Source: Spironucleus salmonicida | Taxonomy: Eukaryota | NCBI RefSeq assembly: GCF_000497125.1 | Contig: NC_090599.1 | Location: 558,001-622,000 of the forward strand | Direction: 5' to 3' | DNA length: 64,000 nucleotides | Part shown: one piece after another, positions 41,322 to 53,313 of the stretch | Numbering within the stretch: the stretch's first letter is position 1 | How the letters are laid out: each line of letters starts with the position of its first letter | Notes under the pieces: generated by a model | Seen by the model: only the letters and a program-made list of their open reading frames with translations | What the model was told of the DNA's origin: nothing | The model's database searches: none | Made by a program: the position numbers and the translations under genes

Positions 41322-41469
41322 TTTCTAAAATAAGGATCATTATAAATTATTTATTTTTCTAGATATAAAAAATCACTTTACTAAATTTAGTTTCTTCAGT
41401 TTTAAGATTGTTGTAATTAATCATATAATAGACAAGAATATAACTGAAATCTTTACTTTTTATTTTAGA

Positions 41470-42653
41470 TGAATTATCTCAAATCTAAGTGTCTACGATA
41501 AATTTTAGGTGTCGTATTATCACTACTTATTATGCAGAATGCCGCTCAACTTTACATTCTAAGTATTACTGAATACACTATTTGATCATATACCGGACGT
41601 GGCCCGTCCTCTGCGGCCCTGCACCTGGGCCACATGATTCCGTTCTACTTCTGCCGGTACCTGCAGCAGGCGTTCGGCTGCCCGCTGGTCATCCAGATCA
41701 CGGACGACGAGAAGCTGCTGCGGGACCCCACGCTCTCGTTCGAGCAGATCCACGAGTTCGCGCTGTCCAACATCAGGGACATCCTGGCCTGCAAGTTCGA
41801 CCAGGAGCGCACTTTCATCTACCTGAACACGGCGTACATCGGCAGCGTATACAAGTTCTCCTGCGTCTTCGAGCGCGCCATCACGCTCTCGCAGCTGCGC
41901 GGGGCCTTCGGGTTCTCGGACGTCCAGAACGTGGGCTACGTCTCGTTCCCCGCGAAGCAGATGTAGCCCGCCTTCTCGCAGGCCTTCCCTCACATCTTCA
42001 CGGAGGCGTACTGCAAGGCCTGGCGGGCCGCCAGGACGGACGTGGCCATCGCCCCGCTCGCCCAGAAGGAGGGAGAGACCAAGAAGCAGTTCGAGCAGAG
42101 GAGGCTCAGCCAGCAGGGCCAGACGCCCATCGAGCTCACCCCCTTCTGCCTCATCCCCTGCGGCTACGAGCAGGAGCCCTACTGGCGCGTGGCCCGGGAC
42201 ATCGCCCCGAGGCTCGGCCTGCAGAAGCCGGCCACGATCTACAACTCGTTCATCCCGGCGCTCCAGGGCGTGAACAGCAAGATGTCCGCGTCAGATCCCC
42301 AGAGCGCGGTATACATGGACGACTCGGCAGCCCAGATCAAGAAGAAGATCAACAAGTTCGCGTTCAGCGGCGGCAGGGCCACCGTGGAGGAGCAGCGCGA
42401 GTTCGGCGCCAACCTCGCCATCGACGTCAGCGTCCAGTACCTGGAGGTGTTCATGGACGACCAGGCGAGGCTGGACTCGATCAAGGCGCGCTACCAGAAG
42501 GGCGAGATGCTCACCGGCGAGGTGAAGGCGGAGCTCATCGCGCTAGTCCAGGGCATCGTGGGCGAGCACCAGCGGGTGAAGGAGCAGATCAGCGACGACA
42601 TGGTGCGGGCGCAGGTGTACGGCTGGGGCAGGAGGCTCTGGGGCGAGAAGTGA
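41470..42653 (+). pseudogene. WARS: Second TrpRS copy: body near-identical to the intact gene, 5' end decayed
   Basis: In-frame TGA at 41583-41585 just before YTGRGPSS; the first downstream ATG (41634) lies after HLGH. 41472-41512 still weakly resembles the intact gene's 5' coding sequence. Confidence 0.8.
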
Positions 42654-43374
42654 GGGTTTTGGGTTAGCGCGGGCGGGAGTTCCCAGTAGACAAAAAAGTC
42701 ACATCACAGTCTCACTGGCTGAGCCTGACTATCAGTACCGCGAACACGGTGCCCACGGTGATGAACAGCACCACCAGGATGATGCTGACGGGCATCGCTA
42801 TCAGGCTGGTCTGGTCGATTCCCACCACGTACTGGAACTGGAAGTCGTAGTCGTTGTTGAACATGACGAGCGGCTGGAACGAGGTCTTCAGGGTGTCCAC
42901 GAAGGCGTGCTGCCGTGCGCTGTAGGAGCCTTGGAAGAACGTAAACGTGGTGTTCATAGAGGTAGTGTTTTCGCGCAGGCAGGTCCGGAAGTAGGGGACT
43001 GACTCGAACGGCATCGTGAATTCGTATACCTGGTAGATCAGGCGGCTTGCTGTGGCGGCATCGGCCTGCAAAATCTGCTGGAACCGAGTCTTCGCAGCTT
43101 TTGAGTAAAGTTATACGCACCTATCTGTCTGCACCGGGAAGAATACAATACAGGTCTCGGCGTATGAAATTATTGCGCTAATCTTGTAGAAGCACGAGAG
43201 GCTGATAGTGTACTCTTTTGCTTCTTCGCGAACCACTTTTCCATCAGCATCGAGGAAGCTCATGATAACTAACGCGTTTGGGGAAGATGGTAACTCGAGC
43301 ATTGCATCCTAGGGAGATGAAAATTTGAACATAAGCGTAGCCATTCCAACCATAACACTGAATAATCTATCATC
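41588..43374. repeat. Right arm of 1787-bp inverted repeat
   Basis: Reverse complement of 23189-24975. Confidence 0.95.
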
Positions 43375-44295
43375 GAAAATTTAGGTATCATTTAAGATCA
43401 TTGAAGATTATACGGTAACTATATCAGTAATACATTCACGCAACTAGGTAAGATCTCCTACTACTTGCAAAAAATCAGTAGAAATTGTTCCAAATCCACT
43501 AATTGCAGTTTAACATTCATTACTAACTGTAACTATATTGCTTATAGGGCTAAATATTTATTGCGTTAATGTAGAGCCAGATTATGTAAATTCTAAAAAT
43601 AATCTGGTTTTCATCAATCTATTTTTCGAAAACTCAATAAAAAAATCATCCATTTAAGCCTGAACTTCAGCAGTAGAATCAGATCTATTAACTCTATAAA
43701 ATTTTGTAGTCATATGTACAAAAGGTTTCTTATAACCTTCATAATCCGGAGGTGGTGATGCCAATGGAGCAATAGCTACATTTTTCCATACACTGCCAAC
43801 CAAATATTAAAACTATACAGTGGGAGTAGTGATAATACAGTCATTAGGGTTGGCTGTTAGATTGATATATGATGAATCACCACTTCTAGAATAATTTAGA
43901 GTCATGATATTCCAACAATTTGAAGTATTAACTAAAGTATTTTAAATCAATGAAAAGGTTCCAGAGACATCTAATTCGTCTTAAAGCTTCACGGAATAAG
44001 ATATAATTGAAAGTTCTGCCATCTTTTTAAATATAGCAGCCTCAACATTTTAAAAATAAATTTCAATTGGCCTATCAGAAAAATATTGAAAATTTGCTTT
44101 AATTGACTTAGCAGTAACATCCATATAATTTAAAGTTGCGGTTGAAGCTGTATTATTAAAAGCCTAACATTTGATGGGTTAAGGGTTGATGTTCTTTACA
44201 AGCATATTGTATTAGGACTATTACACAATTCCAATAAGCTCCGCGTTATCCTAGAAACACTTGGTTGGTTCAGCTAACAATAGCAATACTAACAT
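42712..44295 (-). CDS. Type I membrane/surface protein family A, copy 2 (527 aa)
   Basis: MLVLLLLAEPTKCFQDNAELIGIVQQ... is paralogous to 22274-23851, with an identical C-terminal ~220 aa. Confidence 0.85.
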
Positions 44296-44712
44296 TTCTA
44301 TCAGATCTACTGAATTATTTTATTCTAATATCAATAATAATTTTATCCACAAACTAACTAAGTATTATTATTTATTACTATATTTCAGTTATATGTTATA
44401 ATTGCTTTTAATTTTGAATACTTCAAATTATTAATTTTAATATACTAAAATTATTTTTTTGTTTTAAAATATACGATTATAGAATAATATTTACTAATTT
44501 AATCATAGTAATATTATTTTTTTACATCTTTTGGAGTTCTATATTTAAAATCGGATACTTACAAATCACTTAACTGTTCCATTAAAACCTATATTTACAA
44601 AATTACAATTCATAATAAAATACCTTTTAACTCAAATCTGATTCCAACTATCATGCATACCTATGTCATATATTTGTATATAATAATTATAATTCCAAAC
44701 TAAACTGAACGT

Positions 44713-45120
44713 TCATCTCTTGAAAACCAACAATAATATTGCAGCAAATATAGCGTAGAAGCAGTTACGCTTTGCCTCCCGTGCTTCTGAGAGCGCCATT
44801 TTTGCATCTGCTTCCACTAATTTTAGGCGCTGCTCGTAGGATAAAACGCTGCTTTCAATAAGAAGCGACAGCTTTTCTGGCTCTAAATTTCGCAGCTTTT
44901 CACAATTTTCTACCAAAATATTCCGAGTCGTTGACGGCGCACATGCACTAACGACGCCCTGTAGTGCATTGATGAGATTCGGAACCTCAGAAGTGCTATA
45001 TTCTACAACGACAAGTAGTGCCTTAAATGTTAGAAAGTCCTGCTCGAATGTGGAAAAATTAGGTTGTTGTAGGAAGAATTGCGTCTAGATAGCGCGTAAT
45101 TCGGATAAAATTTCTTGCAT
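44713..45120 (-). CDS. Tail-anchored helical protein (135 aa)
   Basis: Code-6 ORF ending CFYAIFAAILLLVFKR. Confidence 0.65.
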
Positions 45121-45386
45121 TTTTAGTATATATAAATTATATATAAATTATAAATATTTTACTGGAACTAAATCGGAAGAGTCTTGGCAGATAGGTGATT
45201 TGTTAGTAGTTAAGGTATTTTTAATAATTTTGATAGTTTATAATACTTAATAAATAGATATTTTAGTTTTTATTCTTATTTTAGTTGCAATCTAGTAATG
45301 ATGATTTGATGAAATTTCGGTTTTCAAATTAATGCATTTTCTGTAATAAAATATATATTATTACGCATTCTTATTTTCTTTCCGCA

Positions 45387-46775
45387 ATGTCTGTTAGAAA
45401 GCTTGCAGCTTAGCGATTAGGTATATAGCTAGCTGATCTCAAAACTCCATCCAAACAAGAGTTTATTAACAAATATAGAGATCCTGCTGTTGCTGATATT
45501 CATTTTAATGCTTACCTAGATTATTAAGAAAAAATAATCAGTGATCTCCGTGTAGAGGAGGCTCAAATTGAAGAAAAGGGTATTCTAAACTTTGAGTTTA
45601 AGACTTTAGGATCACCTGCTGATCTTGAAAAATATTTAAAACATGATAGATCAAATGCCAATTCAAGAAGCAATAATATGACATAAAAATAGAATCCACC
45701 ACATATCCTAAAGTAATTATAGGTTAAGTAACGTTATTTATAACAACTGTAGGAAGAAAAGAACCATAAATCAAAGCTTATGAATAAGATGGAAGAGAAA
45801 TAGTAACACGCTGACCAATTAGCGTAAAATGGTTCAGACTCAGTTAAATAATAGCTAGAATAATAAGCGTAGCTGAAAGCTGAAAAATAAGCTAAAATTG
45901 AAGAGTTACGTATAGATAACATGAAAAAACTAGAAAAATAAAAATAGGAGTTAAACGAAAAGCAAATTTAGAAACAAGCTCATATGGAACTTTAAAGCGA
46001 AAGAAAAGAATAAGAATTACGTGAAAAAGTTATAGCCTAATAAGCTTTGTTTACTGAAAAACAAGAAAAGATAAACTAAATTAATCAGGCGAAGAAAGAG
46101 TAATAAGAACGCATGAAGGTTGAATTCGAACACAAAACAGCCAAGGCCAACGAGTTTTATGAAATGAACCGGTAATAAAAACAACAGGAACTTCATGAAA
46201 AACTTGTAAAAGAGTAGGAACACCTCTAATAGTAAATGGCCGAGACAAAGCGTTAATTGGAAATCCACTAAGCGCAAAAGGTTGAGAAAATGGAGCAGAA
46301 AATGGCGCAAATAGACCAGAAACTATATGAACAAAAAATAAAGTAACAGCAAGAAATTGAGTTCAAAAAATAGCTGAGTTCAGAGCGGTAGTAGAAAATG
46401 TAGGAGCGCTTCGATGAGAAGCAGAAGCAACAGTTATTAAAATAGCAAAAAGTGGTTGAAAATCAGCAGACGAAATTCTAGCAATCCGAGGCGATAAAGT
46501 AAAAACAATGCCAGCAAACTAGGGAAGCAGCCGAAAAAGAAGCAGCCAAAGCAGAAATAGCGCGAAAGCAGGCCATCTAGCGTCAGAATCGTGAAGAGTA
46601 CGAAAAACAAATCAAATTTGCGCAGAATGAAGAAAAAACGGAGGAAGTGCGGATGAGGAAGGTGGCGAAAGAGCAAGAAAACGAGAGAATCAAAATGATG
46701 AGCATGCATCTCAACGGAATAGGCGACGTTGAAAAGGCGATAAACGTCCTAAAGAGAAGTCAGGGTGCTGAATGA
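45387..46775 (+). CDS. Q/E/K-rich coiled-coil protein (462 aa), possibly cytoskeletal
   Basis: Long code-6 ORF very rich in TAA/TAG (Gln), GAA and AAA; invisible in the standard code. Confidence 0.75.
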
Positions 46776-47607
46776 GAGTTATTTATGGTCGTTTAATATG
46801 GGAAATTTAACGTAGTGTTGGGTAGGAAAATGAAGTTTAAAGACAAAGATATTCATTCAAAATTAGAGGACATGACTGGTAACTTTATGGAGTTAAAGTC
46901 GTTATTGTAGTTAATTTTTGAGCATTTATATATTACTTAAAAAACGAAGAATGAGGTGTGGTGGTAAGAAACTAAATATAATAATGTTTGAGGTTTAATA
47001 ATTTATAGTTAGATTGTGATCAAAATATGTAGTTTTGTAGTCGTATAGGACTTATTAATTCAAAATTTGAGGCTTATTAGTTGGAAACGATGATTTGTCC
47101 ATTCTTTAATTTATGTTTTATAGTTTATATAAACTTAAATTCATATTGTAGAAATTTACTTGCAATTTTGATAAATACATTAACCAATATTACTGTCAGT
47201 ATTTTTATTTAAAGATTCCTACGATTTGGTACAATACGTACAAGCCATTAGACAAAAATATAAAGATTGTAGACTACTACTGGAGATTAAAATTACACTT
47301 TAGCAATACGTAACTATCAAAATACGCAAAAATGAATTGTCCCAAGTCGAACTCTAATATATTTAGAACATTCTAGCATTCGTTCGATTGATTAACATGT
47401 TTCCGCATCATCAAAATACTTTAAATATGGTTTCAGACAATACTGTTGATTTGTTATCGTTTTTCTTAAACTTTGAGTTTAAACCACAATTCAAATATAT
47501 TAAATTACAATATATAATAATTATCAATACTATCAGTTATGACATTAAAAACAATAAATGTATTATAATTAATATTATTAATCTACTGTAAAGCCCTTCA
47601 TTAGTAA

Positions 47608-47811
47608 ATGTCAGCATGGGATTTAATTACGACTCATTCGTAATAGAATCTAGATCAAATGTGTTTTCAACCATCTACTGATGTATACCGAGAAGACTAG
47701 CTAATACCTATGGACTGTTCAGACTAATAAGCCAGCGATGGTGATATAGACTAAGCAACTAGATAAACCTCGTATGACGGAGTTTCCCTAGCATAATAAT
47801 TAAAATAGTGA
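47608..47811 (+). CDS. Small hypothetical protein (67 aa)
   Basis: Code-6 ORF ending TAGTGA. Confidence 0.35.
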
Positions 47812-48067
47812 GTGAATGTATGTTATTAACGCCCCTCGCTTTCACAATTCGAATCTGACTTTCAATCTTAATTGGCGTATTTTAATACAACAAAAACAAT
47901 ATATTATTATTATACATTTTACAACTTATTTTATTATTAACAAAAACTATGAGATTGCTAAGTTTCCTTCATAAATCTTATTTTATCCGTTGAATGAACT
48001 CGAAAAAATTCCAAAATTTCACTTTAAAATCGATTTTCCACTCCAAACATCCCCTTCCTAATTTTGT

Positions 48068-50026
48068 TCACTCCACAATCCAGAAAAAGTTCTCTTTTCC
48101 GAGTCCCTAAATAACGAATTTGCTGCTCTTTTGGATCACGAAATTTTCGAAATTCCGCACCAGAAAATCCTCTCCGCCAATCTTGACTTTCAGCGCCCCC
48201 ATGCCAACCAGAATCGCCAAATCGCACTGCGCGGTGACCGTTTTGCTCTTCTCGTGCACCTTCAAAACCGCAAACTTGACATCGCTGTTTTATAATTAGC
48301 ACACTCCAGCAATGTTAAGTGGAGCGGAGGCAAAATTCAACTTATTTATAGTTATTATATTTTAATTATCAGATTCCCTTCCAAAAAGTTATGTGAATTT
48401 GCTCCGAATTCGCTGAATTTGCGGCTGTTCGAAGCACAAAGTGACGCTGTTTTCGGCCAGATTGAGCTTCTCGCCCATGATTTTCCGAAGCGGCGGAAGC
48501 TGTTTTTTGCCGAATTTGACGGGAATGAGAGTTGGAGGGAACGGAACTGTCACGAGTTCGGACTTTTTGGAGCTGAAAGTCGCCAGCGGCCGCGGGAGAG
48601 CGAAACTGAGCCGTTCGAAGTAGATTTCTAGGGGGTCCCTGGCTTGACTTTTGAGCGTTTGCTCAACAGCGATCGTCGAAAGGAGGTCTTTTTAAGGCGG
48701 TACGGCGCTGTCGTAGAGCGCGTCATACTCTTGCTGCAAGGATTGCGAAATTACGGTGTCCGTGAGCGAGAAATTCGATTTTGAGAGTTACGGCGAAGGC
48801 ACGGAAATGGATGAAAAAGTTGATTTCTTGCTGGTGATTTCTTCAGGGCCCTGTGAGAGGTTCTTCATCGGCCGCCTGGTTGGTTTTGAGATTTTCAGAG
48901 AAATTGAGTTGTTAAATGCGTCCAGTTCGCTGATATTTAGGCTCTAAACGAGGTTTTGTGAGTAATTTGAGAGTTTTGGGGAGGTGTGGGACAGTTTCTG
49001 TGGAGGGGTAATTGTTTTCTGTGGCGGGGACTGGTTTGATAATGTATTTGATTGCTTTATTGGCTGAGGTTTGGCCTTAGATAACTTAGCCTGGGCAGTA
49101 ATGACTTCATGAACAGGTGAGAGTGAGGTTTTCATGTATTCTTGCTAGCTCATTATTTTTTGGAGATGCTGTGCAGTCTGGTCCTCTATACTGACAATTT
49201 TAGCAGGATCAACGCGAACTGCATTTTGGATCTCTTTTTGAGTAGGCTACTTGCGCGCTCTCTTGATCTCTATTGTTTGGGGCTGCATGTCGATTTCTTT
49301 TTAGAGTCCTTTCTTGGTTTTTACTGACTATTAAGTTATTTTACCTGCTTTTACTTCTTAGACGTCTTTTCTGTTCTTAGCAATTGTATTAAGCTGGACA
49401 TATTCTTAAAAAGCCTGTTATTGAGGAACATCATCATAAATAGGATATTCATCATAGATTTATTCAGGTTCTATGCTTGATTCTGAAATAAGTTATTCTC
49501 TGGATCGTCGTTTTCTATGCTTCTTTTATTACTTGACTGACTCCTCGCTTTCTGATTCAGTGGATGAAGTATCCTGCTTTCTATTGTTTCTTCGCCTATG
49601 CTTATTTATGTCTTTAATAACCACTGTAGGTTCAGAGTCTGCAGACTAAGTGGTCTTCTTTAACTGACCAACATTTATATTTATGGTTGGATCAGCTTAT
49701 ATATCGAGTTAAACAGTGCCTTCATCATCTGTAGAAAATATATCATCTACTTTAATCATTGTTTTAACCATAGGCTATACAACGACTGTATCATCCACTT
49801 CTGAATCGTCTCCAATATCTGAATATCCAAAAAGATTAGAACTTGGAGCCTTCCGGTATGTTGCCTAAACTTCTACAGCCGAGCCTTTCATGATAGACTT
49901 AAATGACGTGTCCCCAGAACTCGATGATTCAAAGCCTTTATCCTGTAATACTTAAGAATAATGACTAATATTGTCATAATTTTTTCTTTGATGCTATGGA
50001 GAAAATGAAAAATCGGAATCTTCCAT
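48068..50026 (-). CDS. Long low-complexity S/K/Q-rich protein (652 aa) with C-terminal cupin-like domain; CENP-C/Mif2 candidate
   Basis: Code-6 frame including track ORF 48944-49135; DPLEIYFERLSF motif; C-terminus LAILVGMGALKVKIGGEDFLVRNFENFVIQKSSKFVIQGLG; ends GAGTGA. Confidence 0.55.
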
Positions 50027-50089
50027 TATATGGGTGAAAGGGAAAATTTTTATATATTATTATATAATAATTAGTATTTCAAACTTGAC

Positions 50090-51055
50090 TCATTTCATCT
50101 CGTCAAACATGCTTTCCCCTTTCCACTACGCATCGCACGCGTGCAGCGCAGCCCCGAGCGCGTTCCCATTGTCTTTAACGACCCAAAATTTAATATCTCT
50201 AAATTTACTGAAAAACGCGATTTTCGCTTCTTCCTGACTGTCCAAGCTGCCCCAGAAGCTCCCAACGCAAATCACGTCCGAAAACGTCCCCTGCGCCATC
50301 AAAACCGCCACCATTTCAGCCAAATACTCGAATTCCTCGCAGTAGACTTTGCGCACCAAATCGCTCTAATTCGCCTTCATTTCGACGTTGAAACTGGCCA
50401 CTTTTGCCTTGAAGCCAGCGCCGTAAAACAGCTCCAGAATTCCGCTGTCCTGGTACGTCTATTTTTCGAACCCGAAAAACGCAGAAAAATCGCTCCACAG
50501 CGACCCGAAATCGCCTGTCCGGAGGCCGTCCTGCACAGCGCAGGCCTCTTCGACGGCCCTGCGCACCGCCGAAAATCCGCAGCCGCGCTCCTTCAGGAAG
50601 TGCCCCAGGCCGCCGACCTGCGCCTTGAAAAATCCCGCAGAGCCCGTCCCAGCGATTACGACAGCTGGCGTCCTGCCGAACTGCCGCTGGAACATCTGAA
50701 TCGGGCCTGACGTGTCGTGCGTCTGAACGAAATTTGGGTAGTTGCTGAAGTGCTCTTTAACGAAGTTAGATGGGGTGTTGAAGCCAGCGACTGTGAGCCC
50801 TAGAGAGGTCGCGTTAGGGATTTTGGCGGCTAGGAGTGAAGTCTGGATAATTTCGGAGAAATCCTGGCAGACCTGGTTTATGGAGGTTAGGTAGTGGTTA
50901 GACGGAATATTGTAAAGTTTCGAGTAGATGACCTTTGAGGCCTTAAAATCAGCTATTACGATTCTTGTTTTCGTACCTCCGCCTTCTATGCCGATTGTGA
51001 GAGAAGATATGGTTTAGTTCGCTGGAACGACATTCGTGGATGCTTAGCAACCCAT
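50090..51055 (-). CDS. N-acetylglucosamine kinase-like (BadF/BadG/BcrA/BcrD ATPase), 321 aa
   Basis: IGIEGGGTKT, LGLTVAG, THD, VVIAGTGS, VGGLGHFLKERGCG, VGSFW, ALGAA. Confidence 0.88.
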
Positions 51056-52110
51056 ATTTATGGAAAGATACTAGTTATATATATCTTAAATTATGCGAAT
51101 GTGGGTAGAGTTAAATCTACCTTATAACTGATGCATTTATATTATTATATAATTGGTATGTTTGTATTTTTTATTTACTAAAAATTGGTAATAAATTATT
51201 ATATATAAATAAATATTAAATGAAATAGTGAAATTAAATAATTTAAGGATAACTATGACTATGGCCATATAATTTTAATATTCCAAAAGTAACATATACT
51301 AGATCGTAATGAAAAAAGCAATTACTATGCATAATTTTATTAATATTTTTTAAATTATAAAAACTGGACCATTTGATTCAAATAGCATATTACAAATGAA
51401 AAACTTTTGTTTTAATATAAACAGTATATATAATAAGAAATAGTGAGCTTTGTAAAACTTGCATCATCAATCACATCAGCAAACGATCATCTATTTAATC
51501 TACACAATTTTAATATTCCACTTAATTTATAGGCTTATTAATGATGCGAGGAGAATGTTAGCAGTTAAAAATTTCCTTTGAATAATTTTTGACGGGAATG
51601 CCTTTAAATGATAGGTCAAAATTCATTCTAAGGAATGACTTTAATTACGAATAGTTTATATTCATATTTAAAGTCATATTTATATTTGATCTATTCTAAA
51701 TTAATTTCCAAAAATATTAAGTATAATATTTATTAACGTAATATAATTGTATTTTAACATTGTATTTGTTTATATATTTATATGATTGTATAATATAATG
51801 ATTCACTTTTAGATAACCAATTTCGTGATTTAAACCGTTCATCTGGATACTACGAATCTAACGCTCTAACCTACTGGTATATATCTGAATACCCTGTATC
51901 TTGATAAAAATTATGATTTACAGAAACTATAAAATACATCTACCTATAATCAAAATAATATCTATAATCAGACTATTGCATTTTTAATAAATTAAAACTA
52001 ATATATGAAAAATAACTAGTAAGAAGTATGTGTTCGATTTAAAAAGAAGTATTATTTATATTAATATACATTATTTTTATATATAATAATTTACCACTCC
52101 ACTACGATTA

Positions 52111-53313
52111 ATGTCTGATCCAGAGCAGCACAATTTTTGGCCATCCTAACCAGTAGGACGTGACGCTTCTTCGACATAAGCAAAGATTATTTCTCCTGTG
52201 GATCGTAGCAAAATTTAACAAACCCCAATCACAGTACCAGAATTCTTAGAATTTTAACCTCTAACATTGCCAGAAAATCTTGACGAACTATTTACATTTT
52301 TAGCGTCTCATTATGTAGGTGATGCTGCGGGAACATCTAGATTTGCTTATTCGCGAGATTTTTTGACTTGGTGGATTGGATCTCAGTCTTCAAACCTTGC
52401 AATTGCGCTTCGTGCCAAATCTGACTATGAAAATATCAAAACCGGAGATATTTGTGGGTTCATTAGTGGTCTACCAATGGATTATTAATACAAGGAGATT
52501 AAAACAGTCTCTCAGTCTGTTGATTTTTTGTGTGTGCATTAGACACTCAGATCTATGAATTTGGCACCATTACTCATCTAGGAGATCACACGTAGGAGTT
52601 ATAAGAATAATGTTTAAACTGCTATTTTTACGGCTGCCTTCACCGCTAAGCAGAAGAATCCTGCAATTCCCCCAGTTTTAACTAGTACCTATTTCCATAG
52701 ATTGTTGAACCCTGTAAAGTTAATGCAATGTAATTTTTGTCAGAAACCATATAATATGGATCTAAAAAAATTTGAATTCGTCTACAGACTTCCAGCTATC
52801 AAGTAAACCTTGAGAAAAATGAGTTAGAAAGATATCTCTGATTGCTACAAGATCTACACTAATTATTAAGATAAATACGTCATTAAGCAATTGTTTAGTA
52901 AAAAATTATTTGAAAAGATATTTAAATCAAAAGATAATGTCGTTTAATCGTTTGTTTATGATGTCAAAGGCCAGGTAGCTGCATTTATCAGCTACTACAT
53001 TGTCGACAGCTAAATGTTAAGCCCAGAGGTCAACAAAATGCATAAATTCATAAGAAATGGGTACATTTTGTAATATGGTATAAGTGATGAAGTCGAGAAT
53101 AATATTGATCTTAGCTCTTTGGTCCTCTGCTTAATGCACGAAATGTACAAGGCAAAAATTGATGTATGCACATGTTTAGATATTTGCAAAAACATGGAGT
53201 TTATCGCTAAATTAAGATTTGATCCTGGAGATGGTAAGTTATGCTATCACGCTTTCAATATGGACTGGGGCAAAGAATTACAAAAACACGAACTTGGCGT
53301 CGTTCTTGTTTGA
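52111..53313 (+). CDS. NMT: Glycylpeptide N-myristoyltransferase (400 aa)
   Basis: HNFWPSQPV, HYV, FAYS, VDFLCVH...LAPLLIQEITRR, YFHRLLNP, GDGKL, C-terminal LGVVLV. Confidence 0.95.

Noticed and set aside
41964-41966. TAG as a nonsense mutation splitting the second TrpRS copy
   Set aside because: TAG is Gln here and aligns with CAG in the intact copy. The real defect is the lost 5' end.
41582-42667. 361-aa alternative-frame ORF over TrpRS (also 24570-24977, 23443-23859, 42704-43120)
   Set aside because: These are shadow ORFs produced by high GC3, with Arg/Pro/Gly-rich composition and no motifs.
50090-53313. Functional linkage between NMT and the adjacent putatively myristoylated kinase
   Set aside because: They are divergent genes 1 kb apart in a eukaryote; adjacency alone is no evidence.
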